DNA of 64,000 bases, from NCBI GenBank assembly GCA_963825525.1, contig CAWGTN010000003.1:64001-128000 (forward strand), in the 5' to 3' direction. The translations under genes were made by a program, and so were the position numbers. This DNA comes from an uncultured Chloroflexia bacterium (GTDB lineage: Bacteria; Chloroflexota; Limnocylindria; QHBO01). Positions 18,014 through 28,038 of the stretch are shown in pieces. The stretch's first letter is position 1. The number at the start of each line of letters is the position of its first letter. The notes under the pieces were generated by a model that saw only the letters and a list, made by a program, of their open reading frames with translations, was not told the DNA's origin and ran no database searches.

Positions 18014-18775
18014 ATGGACCTTGGACTCGATGGGCGCGTCGTCCTCATCACCGGAGCGGGTGGTGGCGTGGGCCCGACCCTCGCCGCCGCCTTCGCCGCG
18101 GAGGGCGCAGCCGTCGCGCTCCACGTCCGCGACGCGTCCAGGCGCGGCCGCGCACACGATACGGCGGACGAGATCCGGGCCGGCGGCGGACGCGCGGCGG
18201 TGGTCGGGGCGGACCTGCGGGCAACTGCAGCCGTGGAGGCCATGGTCGCGGACGCCACGGCTGAGCTCGGGCCGATCGGCGTGCTCGTGAACGCCACCTC
18301 CGCCTTCCGGGCCGAGGGCGTCACCGAGATCGACGACGACAGCTGGGCCTCGATGATCGGCGACATGCTGGGGGCCACCTTCCGCGTCACCCGCGCCGTC
18401 GCTCCCGGCATGCGCGACGGCGGATGGGGCCGGGTCGTGAGCTTCGCATCACGCTCGGCCATCGTCGGGGCGGGGAAGGCGGCGCACTACGCCGCCGCCA
18501 AAGCCGGCGTCATCGGGCTGACGGCCTCACTGGCCAAGGAGCTGGGGCCGGATGGCATCCTCGTCAACGCCATCGCTCCTTCGCAGATCGTGACGGAGCG
18601 TGACGGGGAGCCGTCGATTCCGGAGGAGCGCGCCGCGAAGATGGCGAAGGCAATCCCGCTGCGACGTCTCGCCACGCCGGATGACGTCGCCCCCCTGGTC
18701 GTCTGGCTCGGATCGGCGGCGAACAGCTACGTGAGCGGCGAGACGATCTCCTTCACTGGCGGCGCCCGCACCTGA
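18014..18775 (+). CDS. SDR-family oxidoreductase
   Basis: TGAGGGVG; YAAAK. Confidence 0.9.
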   Translation: MDLGLDGRVVLITGAGGGVGPTLAAAFAAEGAAVALHVRDASRRGRAHDTADEIRAGGGRAAVVGADLRATAAVEAMVADATAELGPIGVLVNATSAFRAEGVTEIDDDSWASMIGDMLGATFRVTRAVAPGMRDGGWGRVVSFASRSAIVGAGKAAHYAAAKAGVIGLTASLAKELGPDGILVNAIAPSQIVTERDGEPSIPEERAAKMAKAIPLRRLATPDDVAPLVVWLGSAANSYVSGETISFTGGART

Positions 18776-18787
18776 GGCGCGGATTGC

Positions 18788-19222
18788 CTAGCGCCAGGCT
18801 GCCACCAGCACGGAGACGATGAGCACGCCCAGGACGTGATAGCTGCCATTGATGGCGAACCACGTCCATGGCTCCGGCTTGTTCGGGTCGAAGGTCGCAT
18901 CGACCATGGTGTGCATGAGCAGGAGGCCGACGCCGGCCACGAGGCCCAGCACCACCCCTTCGCCGATGGTGTCGGTCCCCGTCGCGGCGGCGAGAAGGCC
19001 GATCGCGACCGCGATCACCAGGTAGGCGGCCAGCGGCACGATGTAGGTCATGGGGTTCATCTCGGGCGACGTCCGCTCCGAGTCCCACCCGATGGATCGC
19101 TGCCACTGGCGTCCCAGCAGCATGGGCGAGTACCACAGCGCGCCGAGGACGAAATAGATGACACCGCCAACGATCACGGCAAGCCAGTTCAGCTGGCCAA
19201 GGGCATCGAAACTCACGACCAT
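18788..19222 (-). CDS. DUF1761 membrane protein
   Basis: LNWLAVIV..LGALWYSP..GRQW; INGSYH. Confidence 0.8.
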   Translation of the reverse strand: MVVSFDALGQLNWLAVIVGGVIYFVLGALWYSPMLLGRQWQRSIGWDSERTSPEMNPMTYIVPLAAYLVIAVAIGLLAAATGTDTIGEGVVLGLVAGVGLLLMHTMVDATFDPNKPEPWTWFAINGSYHVLGVLIVSVLVAAWR

Positions 19223-19263
19223 CCTCCGTACCGCGTGACCTGGACGGTCACGTTCCGATCAGC

Positions 19264-19842
19264 CTACGCCTGCCGGTCCGTGCCGGCGACACCCGCGTCC
19301 CACTCGTCACGCAACATGGCGTAGATCAGCTCGCTGGTCCACTCGTCCTTCACCAGCTCGTTCTCGTACAGCAACGCCTCACGGCGCATCCCGAGGCGCT
19401 CGAGCAGCCGCGCCGAGGCCCGGTTCCGTGCGTCCAGCCGCGCCGCGATGCGGTGCATGCCCAGCTCGTCGAAGCCCAGGCGCAGCATGACCCGGGTCCC
19501 CTCGGTGGCGTATCCGTGGCCCTGGTGGTCGGGGTGGAGGATGTAGCCGATCTCGCCCTGCTCGTGCTCGCGGCTCGTGATCTGGAGGTTGACGTAGCCG
19601 ATGAGGTCGCCGGACGGGAGTGTCAGCGCCAGCACGAGGCCGTCGTGCTCGTCATCGATACCCGTTCGCTCGGCGATCTGCGCCAGCGCCCTGCGAGCCT
19701 CGTCCTCGTTCCGGGGCGAGGTGTAGAGGAATTCGTTGACGTCGATGCGCCCGACGATGGCGTGGAACGCGTCGAAGTCGTCCGGGGTCAGGGGTCGGAG
19801 CACGAGCCGATCGGTGGTGATGGGCTGGACAGGACGCTGCAT
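19264..19842 (-). CDS. RimJ/RimL-type GNAT acetyltransferase
   Basis: TDRLVLRP; EIGYILHPDHQGHGYATE; NRASARLLERLGMRRE. Confidence 0.9.
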   Translation of the reverse strand: MQRPVQPITTDRLVLRPLTPDDFDAFHAIVGRIDVNEFLYTSPRNEDEARRALAQIAERTGIDDEHDGLVLALTLPSGDLIGYVNLQITSREHEQGEIGYILHPDHQGHGYATEGTRVMLRLGFDELGMHRIAARLDARNRASARLLERLGMRREALLYENELVKDEWTSELIYAMLRDEWDAGVAGTDRQA

Positions 19843-19896
19843 CGTAGCGATGGTACGGGCCAGCGCGGCCACGGCGTCGCCCGTAGACTCGCGCCC

Positions 19897-20463
19897 ATGA
19901 CGGATCCGCCCGACATTCCCTGCCGAATCCTCCTGATCGGGATGATGGGCAGCGGCAAGTCGACCATTGGCCGCCTGCTCTCCGATACCACGGGCTGGAC
20001 GTACCTGGACAACGATGCCCTGGTGGCGCGCGTGCGCGGCGCTTCGGCGCGCCAGGTGCTGGCCGCCGACGGCGAGGACGACCTCCGCGCGGCCGAGGCG
20101 GAGGCCCTGGCAATCGGCCTCGAGGAGCCGACACCGAGCATCATCGGCGCGGCGGCCGGGACGGTGCTGGATCCCGCGCAGCGCCAGGCGATGCGTGATC
20201 GGGCGTTCGTGGTCTGGTTGGACGCCGATCCCGCCACGCTGGCGGCACGAGCCGTGGGTGCGTCGCATCGGCCATGGCTGGAGCATGATCCGGAGGCATG
20301 GATGCGGGAGACCCGCGCCGCACGTGAGCCGCTGTACCAGGAGATCGCGGCGGCGCGGATCGACACGACGACCGGGGGGCCGGCCGAGGCCGTGGAGGCC
20401 ATACTTGAGCGGCTGCGCGCGGTCGCCGATTGCGGGGCAGGCATGGAGGAGACGGCCAGATGA
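19897..20463 (+). CDS. aroK: Shikimate kinase
   Basis: LIGMMGSGKSTIG; HRPWL; REPLYQEIA. Confidence 0.85.
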   Translation: MTDPPDIPCRILLIGMMGSGKSTIGRLLSDTTGWTYLDNDALVARVRGASARQVLAADGEDDLRAAEAEALAIGLEEPTPSIIGAAAGTVLDPAQRQAMRDRAFVVWLDADPATLAARAVGASHRPWLEHDPEAWMRETRAAREPLYQEIAAARIDTTTGGPAEAVEAILERLRAVADCGAGMEETAR

Positions 20464-20831
20464 GAATTGCACGCACCTCGCAGACCGCGCTGGAACCGAT
20501 GGCCACCGATACGTTCAGCGGGACGGTACGGCGCCGTGACCTTGGCCGGGTCGAGACGCCGGAGGGAGCCGCGCTCCTTGTCACGTTCGAGGCCGGGGCG
20601 CGAACCGATTGGCACCGGCATGCCGGCGGGCAGATCATCCATGTGCTCGAGGGAGTCGGCCGAGTTGCGACCCGTGACTCGGCAGCCGTCGAGATCCGAC
20701 CGGGCGACATGGTTGAGGCACCGCCCGATGAGGAGCACTGGCACGGCGCGTCACCCGACGCCAGCATGACCCACCTCGCGCTGAGCTTCGGCGAGACCGT
20801 CTGGCTCGAGCCGGTCGCCGACGACAACTGA
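20460..20831 (+). CDS. Cupin-domain protein
   Basis: VTFEAGARTDWHRHAGGQ...EEHWHGA...MTHLA. Confidence 0.85.
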   Translation: MRIARTSQTALEPMATDTFSGTVRRRDLGRVETPEGAALLVTFEAGARTDWHRHAGGQIIHVLEGVGRVATRDSAAVEIRPGDMVEAPPDEEHWHGASPDASMTHLALSFGETVWLEPVADDN

Positions 20832-20837
20832 GCTCAC

Positions 20838-21815
20838 ATGCGTCTTCGCGTGCCGGGGGCGGCTGAGCCGAGCTACCCCGCACCTGATGCGGTCCTCCGC
20901 GCGGCCGGATCCGGGTGGCTCGAGCGCATCGATCCTGCCCGGCTCCAGGCAGTGGTCTCGGCCCTCCCGGGTCCCCGGAATCGGATGGACGCACGCGTGG
21001 CCATGGAGGCGACCGACGCGCTGCTGGCGGACTCGTGGCGCGCGTCCGGCTGGCGAGTCGGCCGCCAGCGCGTCGCCGGTGGTGGGAGGAACATCGTCGC
21101 CGTCCGCGACGGTGCGACGCGCGAGGCCGTGGTGGTGGTTGCCCACCATGACACGGTGTCCGGCTCGCCGGGAGCCGATGACAACGGCGCCGGCCTTGCC
21201 GCACTGATCGAGCTGGGCTCGCTCGTGGAGGGCTCGCATCGGCGCACGGTGATCCTCGCCGCGCCGGACTTCGAGGAGGTTGGCCTCATCGGGTCACGCG
21301 CGCTGGTGCGCTGGCTGCGCTCGGCGTACGACGTGCGCGGCGCGATCGTCTTCGATCCGATCGGCTTCATGGATGCTCGCCCGGGCACGCAGTCGGTCCC
21401 GCCGGGCATCGATCGGCTCTATCCCGACCAGGTCGCTCGCCTGGATGCGCGGGGGAGGGCCGGTGACACGGTCGTCGGCCTCTACCGGCACTCATCGCTG
21501 GAGCTGGTTCGAACCTGGGCCAGCTGCCTGGCAACCGTGCTCGATCCGGACCGCATCCTCCTCCTGCGAGATCCGGTTGACCTTCCGGTCCTCGGTCGCG
21601 CGCTGCTTGCCGTGCCGGCGGCGCGTCACTTCTCCCGCAGCGACCACGTCCGGTTCTGGCGCGCCGGCCTGCCCGCGATCCAGGTGACGAACACGGCGAA
21701 CTTCCGCAACCCGAACTACCACCGGCCGAGCGACACGCCCGACACGCTCGACTATCAAACGCTGGCAGTCATCACGGCCGCCACCGCCCTGGCCGTCGAG
21801 CGCCTGGCAGGCTGA
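20838..21815 (+). CDS. M28-family peptidase
   Basis: AHHDTV, PGADDNGAG, FEEVGLIGS, SRSDH, NPNYH. Confidence 0.85.
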   Translation: MRLRVPGAAEPSYPAPDAVLRAAGSGWLERIDPARLQAVVSALPGPRNRMDARVAMEATDALLADSWRASGWRVGRQRVAGGGRNIVAVRDGATREAVVVVAHHDTVSGSPGADDNGAGLAALIELGSLVEGSHRRTVILAAPDFEEVGLIGSRALVRWLRSAYDVRGAIVFDPIGFMDARPGTQSVPPGIDRLYPDQVARLDARGRAGDTVVGLYRHSSLELVRTWASCLATVLDPDRILLLRDPVDLPVLGRALLAVPAARHFSRSDHVRFWRAGLPAIQVTNTANFRNPNYHRPSDTPDTLDYQTLAVITAATALAVERLAG

Positions 21816-21850
21816 GTGGCCGCGCCGCGGCGTTGGCTACACTGCGGCCA

Positions 21851-22648
21851 ATGCTGCGCACGGTCGACATCACCCGCTATATCACGCCCCTCCGAGAGGG
21901 CAGTTCGCTGCCCGCTCTCGTCGAGGCGGATGACGGCCGCGAGTACGTCATCAAGTTCCGTGGTGCCGGGCACGGCGAGAAGGCCCTCATCGCCGAGCTG
22001 GTGGTGGGGGAGATCGGGCGGTCGCTCGGCCTTCCCGTTCCGGAGATCGTGCTCGCAACGCTGCCCGACGAGATTGCGCGCGCCGAGTCGCATGACGAGA
22101 TTCGGGATCTGCTCGGTTGGTCGGTGGGCCTCAACATCGGCCTCGCGTTCGTGCCGGGAGCGCTGGCCACCGACATGACGAAAGTGCCTCGCGAGGGACC
22201 GGGCTGGTCGGCCGATGTCGTGTGGTTCGACAGCCTGACCACGAACCCCGACCGTACGCCGCGCAACGCGAACCTCGTGATCGGCAGCGGCGGACAGACC
22301 TGGCTCATCGACCACGGGTCGGCGCTGTACGTCCACCACGCGTGGGCCGATCCCGAGGCTCACGCCGTTCGAGCCTTCGAGCGCATCGGCGAGCACATCC
22401 TGCTGCCGTTTGCCGGCTCCCTGCTCGAGGCCGACGACCGCATGGCGCCGCGGCTCGAGGCCGCGACACTGGACGGGATCGTTGACCAGGTTCCCGATGC
22501 CTGGCTCCGGGACACGCGATTCGGCGCACCCGATGAGGAGCGCCTCGCGTATCGGCGGTACCTCGCGGCACGGCTCGGAGCGCACGCCACCTGGGCCGCC
22601 ACCGCGGAGCGGCTCCGGACCGAGGTGCAGCGTGACGCCGTCGCGTAG
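21851..22648 (+). CDS. HipA-like (HipA_2) kinase
   Basis: RYITPLREGSSLP, YVIKFRGAG, NPDRTPRNANL, WLIDHG. Confidence 0.85.
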   Translation: MLRTVDITRYITPLREGSSLPALVEADDGREYVIKFRGAGHGEKALIAELVVGEIGRSLGLPVPEIVLATLPDEIARAESHDEIRDLLGWSVGLNIGLAFVPGALATDMTKVPREGPGWSADVVWFDSLTTNPDRTPRNANLVIGSGGQTWLIDHGSALYVHHAWADPEAHAVRAFERIGEHILLPFAGSLLEADDRMAPRLEAATLDGIVDQVPDAWLRDTRFGAPDEERLAYRRYLAARLGAHATWAATAERLRTEVQRDAVA

Positions 22649-23024
22649 TTCGTTCTCGTATGCCGTCGTGCGCGTCGTGCCCGACATCGAGCGCGAGGAG
22701 TTCCTGAACGCGGGCCTCATCCTGTTCTGCCGCGAGAAGAAGTATCTGCGCGCCGGTATGTCACTCGACGTCGACCGCCTTCGGGCGCTTCGCGCCGACA
22801 TCGACGCGGACGCCGTGCGTGGCCAGCTGGATCTCGTGGAGCGGATCGCGTCGGGCGCCGTCGAGCGGGGGCCGCTGGCGGGGATGTCGCAGTCCGAGCG
22901 ATTCCACTGGCTGACGACCCCGCGCAGCACGGTCGTTCAACCCGGCCCCATCCACGGCGGGATGTCGGAGGACCCGGACGCGACCTTCGATCGCCTCTTC
23001 GGCACCCTGGTGCGGGATCCATGA
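22632..23024 (+). CDS. DUF3037 protein
   Basis: FSYAVVRVVPDIEREEFLNAG; ERFHWLTTPRSTVVQ; overlaps the kinase stop. Confidence 0.85.
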   Translation: MTPSRSSFSYAVVRVVPDIEREEFLNAGLILFCREKKYLRAGMSLDVDRLRALRADIDADAVRGQLDLVERIASGAVERGPLAGMSQSERFHWLTTPRSTVVQPGPIHGGMSEDPDATFDRLFGTLVRDP

Positions 23025-23845
23025 CGCGATCGCAATGGCTGTGGCTGGCGGCGGCTGCCGGGATTGCGATCCTGGCGCTGTCCGTGGTGAACGGGTGGAT
23101 TCTCCACGACCGCGAGGTGCGCGGCGAGGGATACCGCCAGGTGCAGGTCTACCTCAGCGCCTGGCGCGGCGTCGCGATGCCGGTGACTGCCGCGGCGGCG
23201 GTCGTTGCCGGCGCCGTCGGGCTCGGCGCCGCGTGGATGGCCGTCACCCGTTCGCGCCGCGGGTTCGCGCTCCTGGCCATCGGCGCCGCGATCTCGTTCG
23301 GGCTCATCGTCGCGACCGCATGGCCGGTCGGCCAGACCGGACACGCCTCGAGCGTGACGCTCACCCCGTCATTCATCGCGCCGGTGGCGCTCGCCCTGGG
23401 CGCCGTCATGGTCGTCGGACTCGTGCGTGGGCTGCGGCCCTCGCGGCGAGTGCTCGCGGCCTCGGTGGCGGTGGCCCTGGTCGCCACCGTGGGAGGAATC
23501 GGCGGCCGTTGGCTTGGGTTGCAGTGGGCGGAGGGAACCGGCCGTCACTGGGAGGTCGGTTCGTACGCGCGACCCGCCGCCGGTGGCCAGCCTGCCGAAA
23601 CCCTCCGACTGACCGGCGATCACTACGAGGTTGTCGGGCGCTGGTCGGGTGACTTCGAGAGTTCGGGATGGACCGTCAGCCTGGACAACGACCCGGCCTG
23701 CCCCGAGGCTCGCGGGACCTACCACGTTCATGGAGAAGGCGACGAGAGCATCGAGGACCTCCGCTTCGTCATGGTGGTCGACCCGTGTCGGGACGGAGAG
23801 CGAGCGGCCGATCTCGAAGCCGGCATATGGGAGCGGCTCCCGTGA
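23021..23845 (+). CDS. Hypothetical membrane protein with C-terminal extracytoplasmic two-Cys domain
   Basis: About five hydrophobic segments; ATGA overlap with DUF3037; DPACP...DPCRD. Confidence 0.65.
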   Translation: MTRSQWLWLAAAAGIAILALSVVNGWILHDREVRGEGYRQVQVYLSAWRGVAMPVTAAAAVVAGAVGLGAAWMAVTRSRRGFALLAIGAAISFGLIVATAWPVGQTGHASSVTLTPSFIAPVALALGAVMVVGLVRGLRPSRRVLAASVAVALVATVGGIGGRWLGLQWAEGTGRHWEVGSYARPAAGGQPAETLRLTGDHYEVVGRWSGDFESSGWTVSLDNDPACPEARGTYHVHGEGDESIEDLRFVMVVDPCRDGERAADLEAGIWERLP

Positions 23846-23884
23846 GATCAAGATGAGGTACAGGACGGCGGCGAGCGCCGACGA

Positions 23885-24277
23885 CTAGGCGGCGGGCCGC
23901 TCACCCTCATCGGGCGCGCGACGGAGCGACAGCAGCAGTCGCACGGCGACGACGAGGATCAGCACGGCAAACAGCCGGCGCAGCAGACCCTCATCCAGCG
24001 ACAGCGCCGTCACGCTGCCCGCCAGCGCCCCGATGACCCCTCCGGCCGCGAGGAGTGCCGCGTCCCGGACCGTGAAGCGCCCGTGGCGGTAGTGGGTGAC
24101 CGATCCCAGGATCGCCGACGGGATGATGACAAGCAGCGAGGTTCCCTGGGCCACGTGCTGATCGAATCCGGCGAGCAGCACCATGGCCGGCACGATCACG
24201 ACGCCGCCGCCGATGCCCAGCAGGCCCGCCAGCAGCCCGGCGCTCAGACCGATTGCCAACAGCAGCCCGATCTCCAT
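23885..24277 (-). CDS. Half-size TauE/SafE (TSUP) transporter
   Basis: GLLGIGGGVVIVP; QHVAQGTSL. Confidence 0.75.
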   Translation of the reverse strand: MEIGLLLAIGLSAGLLAGLLGIGGGVVIVPAMVLLAGFDQHVAQGTSLLVIIPSAILGSVTHYRHGRFTVRDAALLAAGGVIGALAGSVTALSLDEGLLRRLFAVLILVVAVRLLLSLRRAPDEGERPAA

Positions 24278-24282
24278 GACCG

Positions 24283-24645
24283 TCACGAGACGAGCATCGC
24301 GACAGCCACGACCACCATCAGCAGGGCGAATCCCGCGCGCAGGCGATCGTCGCCCACTCGAGGCATGGCCCATGCGCCGATTTGGACGCCGACGATCGAC
24401 CCCAGGGCAACCAGCAGCCCGGCCCCAAGGTCGATGCTGTCACCGCGTCCGAAGACAATGGCACCCACGATGGCGATCGGCACGATCGCCGCAAGCGAGG
24501 TGGCCGAGCCGCGTCCCTGGGTCATGCCCGCGAGGAGCACGAGGGCGGGCACGAGGATGATCCCGCCGCCCACGCCGAAGAGCCCGCTGAGGACTCCGGC
24601 AGTCAGTCCGATCGCGGCAAGAAGCAGGGGACGCGGACGATCCAT
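24283..24645 (-). CDS. Half-size TauE/SafE (TSUP) transporter
   Basis: GLFGVGGGIILVP; ATSLAAIVP. Confidence 0.75.
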   Translation of the reverse strand: MDRPRPLLLAAIGLTAGVLSGLFGVGGGIILVPALVLLAGMTQGRGSATSLAAIVPIAIVGAIVFGRGDSIDLGAGLLVALGSIVGVQIGAWAMPRVGDDRLRAGFALLMVVVAVAMLVS

Positions 24646-24651
24646 TCCCGA

Positions 24652-25419
24652 TTACTGGGTCGTGCGTCGCGTGTAGAGCCACAGCCCGAGCGGGAATGCG
24701 ACGACCAGCGTCCCCAGCGACCACAGGATGGCCGGGATCGCGGCCGGCCCCGGCTCGCCGCTCAGGGTGAGACTGCGGACGGCGTCAATGACCAGGGTCA
24801 TCGGCTGCCGATCCGCGAACCAGCCGAGCCAGTCCGGCATCGTTTCGGTGGGGACAAAGGCGCTGCTCACGAACGTCAGGGGGAAGACCACCGCGAAGAT
24901 GATTCCCTGGAGTGCCTCGGGCGTTCGTACCAGCGACCCGGCGGCCACCCCGATCCAGGACAGCGCGAAGCCGAAGAGCAGCATCAGTCCGACGGCAGCG
25001 GCGCTCGCCACGATTCCGCCATCGGGCCGGAAACCGACGAGCAGGCCGACGACCCACATGATCGCGATCGCCAGCAGCGCTCGCAGGAGGTCGGTCAGGG
25101 TGCGGCCGGTGAGCACGGAGGACTGGTTCATCGGCAGCGAGCGGAAGCGGTCGATCATGCCCTTCTGCAGGTCGTTCGCCAGCAGCACCGACGTGTAGAT
25201 CCCGGCGAAGGCGATCGTCTGCACGAAGATGCCGGCCATGAGGAAGCTGGCGTAGTCACCCGGAACGTCGATCGCACCTCCGAAGACGAGGCTGAAGAGC
25301 ACCACGAACATGATCGGGCTGAGCGTCACATCCAGCAGGAGCTCGGGCGTGCGCTTGATGTGGATGAGGTTGCGCTTCACCATCTGCCACGAGTCGCGGA
25401 ACCACCATGCGGCGCTCAT
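24652..25419 (-). CDS. ABC-2 permease (DrrB-like)
   Basis: RNLIHIKRTPE; GMIDRFRSLPM; SSAFVPTETMP. Confidence 0.9.
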   Translation of the reverse strand: MSAAWWFRDSWQMVKRNLIHIKRTPELLLDVTLSPIMFVVLFSLVFGGAIDVPGDYASFLMAGIFVQTIAFAGIYTSVLLANDLQKGMIDRFRSLPMNQSSVLTGRTLTDLLRALLAIAIMWVVGLLVGFRPDGGIVASAAAVGLMLLFGFALSWIGVAAGSLVRTPEALQGIIFAVVFPLTFVSSAFVPTETMPDWLGWFADRQPMTLVIDAVRSLTLSGEPGPAAIPAILWSLGTLVVAFPLGLWLYTRRTTQ

Positions 25420-26381
25420 GCCGGCACCTCTGCGGCGTCCTCTGCCGGGCTGCCGGTCAGCGACAGGAAGACCTCATCGAGCGTTGGCCGCCGGAAGCCG
25501 ATGTCCTCGACCTCCACCTTCGCGCGATCCAGCTCGCGAATGGCGTGCGTCAGCAGCGCGCCGTGCGACGCGACCGCAACGCTCACCTGCCGTGATCCCG
25601 CGTCGGCTCGTGCCTCGCCCTCTCCGATCTGCTCGAGCACGCGCCGCGCCGCGTCCATCGCCGACCCCTCGCCGATAGTCACCTCGAGCCGCTCACCGCC
25701 GACCTGTGTCTTCAGCTCGTCCGCCGTGCCGCGCGCGATGACCCGTCCGTGGTCGATGACCGCGATGTCATCGGCCAGCCGATCGGCCTCCTCCAGGTAC
25801 TGAGTGGTCATGAGCACCGTCGTCCCGCCTCGGGCCAGCTCGGCGATGAGGTCCCACATCGAGAGCCGGCCCTTCGGATCGAGGCCAGTGGTCGGCTCAT
25901 CGAGGAAGATGACCGGTGGCTCGGCAATCAGAGCAGCCCCGAGGTCGAGCCGGCGGCGCATCCCGCCCGAGTAGGTCTTGACCGGCCGGTTTGCGGCATC
26001 GCTCAGCTCGAAGTGCTCGATGAGGTCACCGGCGCGCTGTCGAACCACGCCCGGCGCGACCCGATACAGGCGTCCGACCATCTCGAGATTCTCGTAGCCG
26101 GTCAGGAGCTCGTCGAGTGCCGCGTACTGCCCCGCCACGCCGATCTTGGCGCGGACCTCCGCCGGATGCCGGAGGACATCGATGCCGGCGACCGTTGCCT
26201 GGCCCGCATCGGGTCGGGTGAGCGTGGTGAGCACGCGGACCGCGGTGGTCTTGCCGGCCCCGTTCGGTCCCAGCACACCGAGGATGGTCCCCTCGGCCAC
26301 GTCCAGGTCCAGGCCCGCCAGCGCGTGCGTGTCGCCGAAGGACTTGTGCAGGCCGGTGGCCTCGATCATCGATCTGCTCAT
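25416..26381 (-). CDS. DrrA-like ABC ATP-binding protein
   Basis: GPNGAGKTT; YSGGMRRRLDL; DEPTTGLDP; TTQYLEEAD. Confidence 0.95.
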   Translation of the reverse strand: MSRSMIEATGLHKSFGDTHALAGLDLDVAEGTILGVLGPNGAGKTTAVRVLTTLTRPDAGQATVAGIDVLRHPAEVRAKIGVAGQYAALDELLTGYENLEMVGRLYRVAPGVVRQRAGDLIEHFELSDAANRPVKTYSGGMRRRLDLGAALIAEPPVIFLDEPTTGLDPKGRLSMWDLIAELARGGTTVLMTTQYLEEADRLADDIAVIDHGRVIARGTADELKTQVGGERLEVTIGEGSAMDAARRVLEQIGEGEARADAGSRQVSVAVASHGALLTHAIRELDRAKVEVEDIGFRRPTLDEVFLSLTGSPAEDAAEVPA

Positions 26382-26440
26382 GTGACCGCAAGCGTACTCG
26401 ACTTTCCTTTTCGGGTCGGGTAGCGCATTCTCCGCGGCAC

Positions 26441-28012
26441 ATGGAACCATCGATGATCGAGGGCCTCACCGGGATCGCTTCGCTGCACTGGCAGTCGGGC
26501 TTCACGCGTGACAGCGATATCGAGTTCCGCGAGCTCCTGGAGCAGCTGCCGGCCGCCGCGTACACGACGGACGCGGACGGGCTGATCACGTACTACAACC
26601 GGCCCGCGCTCGAGCTGTGGGGCCGGGCACCGGTGCTGCGCGACGCGGTCGATCGCTGGTGTGGCTCATTCCGCCTCTTCGAACCCGCCGGCGACCCGAT
26701 CCCGCACGATCGATGCTGGATGGCGCTTGCCATCCAGGAGGACCGCTCCTACAACGGCAAGGAGATCGTCATCGAACGCGGCGACGGCAGCCGTCGCACC
26801 GTCCTGGCCCATGCGAACCCGATTCATGATGACGATGGCGCCGTCCGTGCCGCGGTCAACGTCCTGGTGGACATCACCGAACGCAAGCTCGCCGAGCTCA
26901 GGCTCCAGGAAGCCGATGAGGCCAAGACCGAGTTCCTCGCCATGCTGGCGCACGAGCTCCGCAACCCCCTCGCCGCCATGCAGAGCTCGGTCGAGGTCGC
27001 GATGCGGAGCGAGGACGACGCGACGCGCGTCCGTGCCGAGGCCGTGGTCGGGCGCCAGCTCCATCACCTGGGCCGCATCGTCGGCGACCTCGTGGACGTC
27101 GCTCGAATCACCCGCCGCACGCTCGAGCTGCGCCGGGAATCGATCGAGCTCGACGAGGTCATCGGCCAGGCCATCGAAACCAGCAGGACAGCGCTGGACG
27201 CGGCGGGACAGCGCCTCGAGATCACGCTTCCGGACGAGCCGATCCACCTGGACGCGGATCGGGTGCGATTGGCACAGCTCTTCAGCAATCTCCTGCTCAA
27301 CGCCTCCAAGTACAGCTCACCCGGCGACGCAATCAGCATTGATGCGGCGCGACGGGGGAGCGAGGTCATGGTCACCGTCCGCGACCGTGGGATCGGCGTG
27401 CCCCCCGAGCTGCAGGCCTCGATCTTCGAGATGTTCGCGCGCGCTCCGGCGGTGAAGCAGGACGGCCTCGGGGTCGGGCTCACGTTGGCGGCGCATCTTG
27501 CCCACCTGCACGGCGGCTCGATCGAGGTCCAGAGCGACGGCCCGGGTCACGGAAGCGCGTTCAGCGTGCGCCTGCCGATCGAGGCAGCGGCTCCGGGGAC
27601 AACGCGTGCTCCCGATGACGTCGCGGGCCCGGCCGCAGCGCAGCGGATCCTGGTCGTCGACGACAACCACGACGCCGGGGATGCGCTGGCTGCGCTGCTG
27701 GAGCTCGACGGGAACGAGGTGCACGTGGCGCACGATGGCGAGGCGGCCCTCAGGCTCGCGGATCGCATCCGGCCGCAGGTCGTCCTGCTTGATATCGGGC
27801 TTCCCGGCATGAGCGGCTACGAGGTCGCGGAGCGCATGCGGACCACGGACTGGGGCGCATCGGCGCTGCTGCTGGCTGTCACCGGCTGGGGCCATCCCGA
27901 CGATCGCCAACGATCTGAGCGCGCCGGGTTCGATGAGCACCTCATCAAGCCGATCGAGATCGAAGCCCTCGAGGCCCTCGTGGCTCGCCACGCGGCCCGA
28001 TCGGGCGACTGA
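26441..28012 (+). CDS. Hybrid PAS histidine kinase with receiver domain
   Basis: PAS; AHELRNPL; NASKYS; GLGVGL; ILVVDDN..LLDIGLP..KP; start uncertain. Confidence 0.9.
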   Translation: MEPSMIEGLTGIASLHWQSGFTRDSDIEFRELLEQLPAAAYTTDADGLITYYNRPALELWGRAPVLRDAVDRWCGSFRLFEPAGDPIPHDRCWMALAIQEDRSYNGKEIVIERGDGSRRTVLAHANPIHDDDGAVRAAVNVLVDITERKLAELRLQEADEAKTEFLAMLAHELRNPLAAMQSSVEVAMRSEDDATRVRAEAVVGRQLHHLGRIVGDLVDVARITRRTLELRRESIELDEVIGQAIETSRTALDAAGQRLEITLPDEPIHLDADRVRLAQLFSNLLLNASKYSSPGDAISIDAARRGSEVMVTVRDRGIGVPPELQASIFEMFARAPAVKQDGLGVGLTLAAHLAHLHGGSIEVQSDGPGHGSAFSVRLPIEAAAPGTTRAPDDVAGPAAAQRILVVDDNHDAGDALAALLELDGNEVHVAHDGEAALRLADRIRPQVVLLDIGLPGMSGYEVAERMRTTDWGASALLLAVTGWGHPDDRQRSERAGFDEHLIKPIEIEALEALVARHAARSGD

Positions 28013-28038
28013 GGCAGGCGGGCCGCCATACTGGCGCC

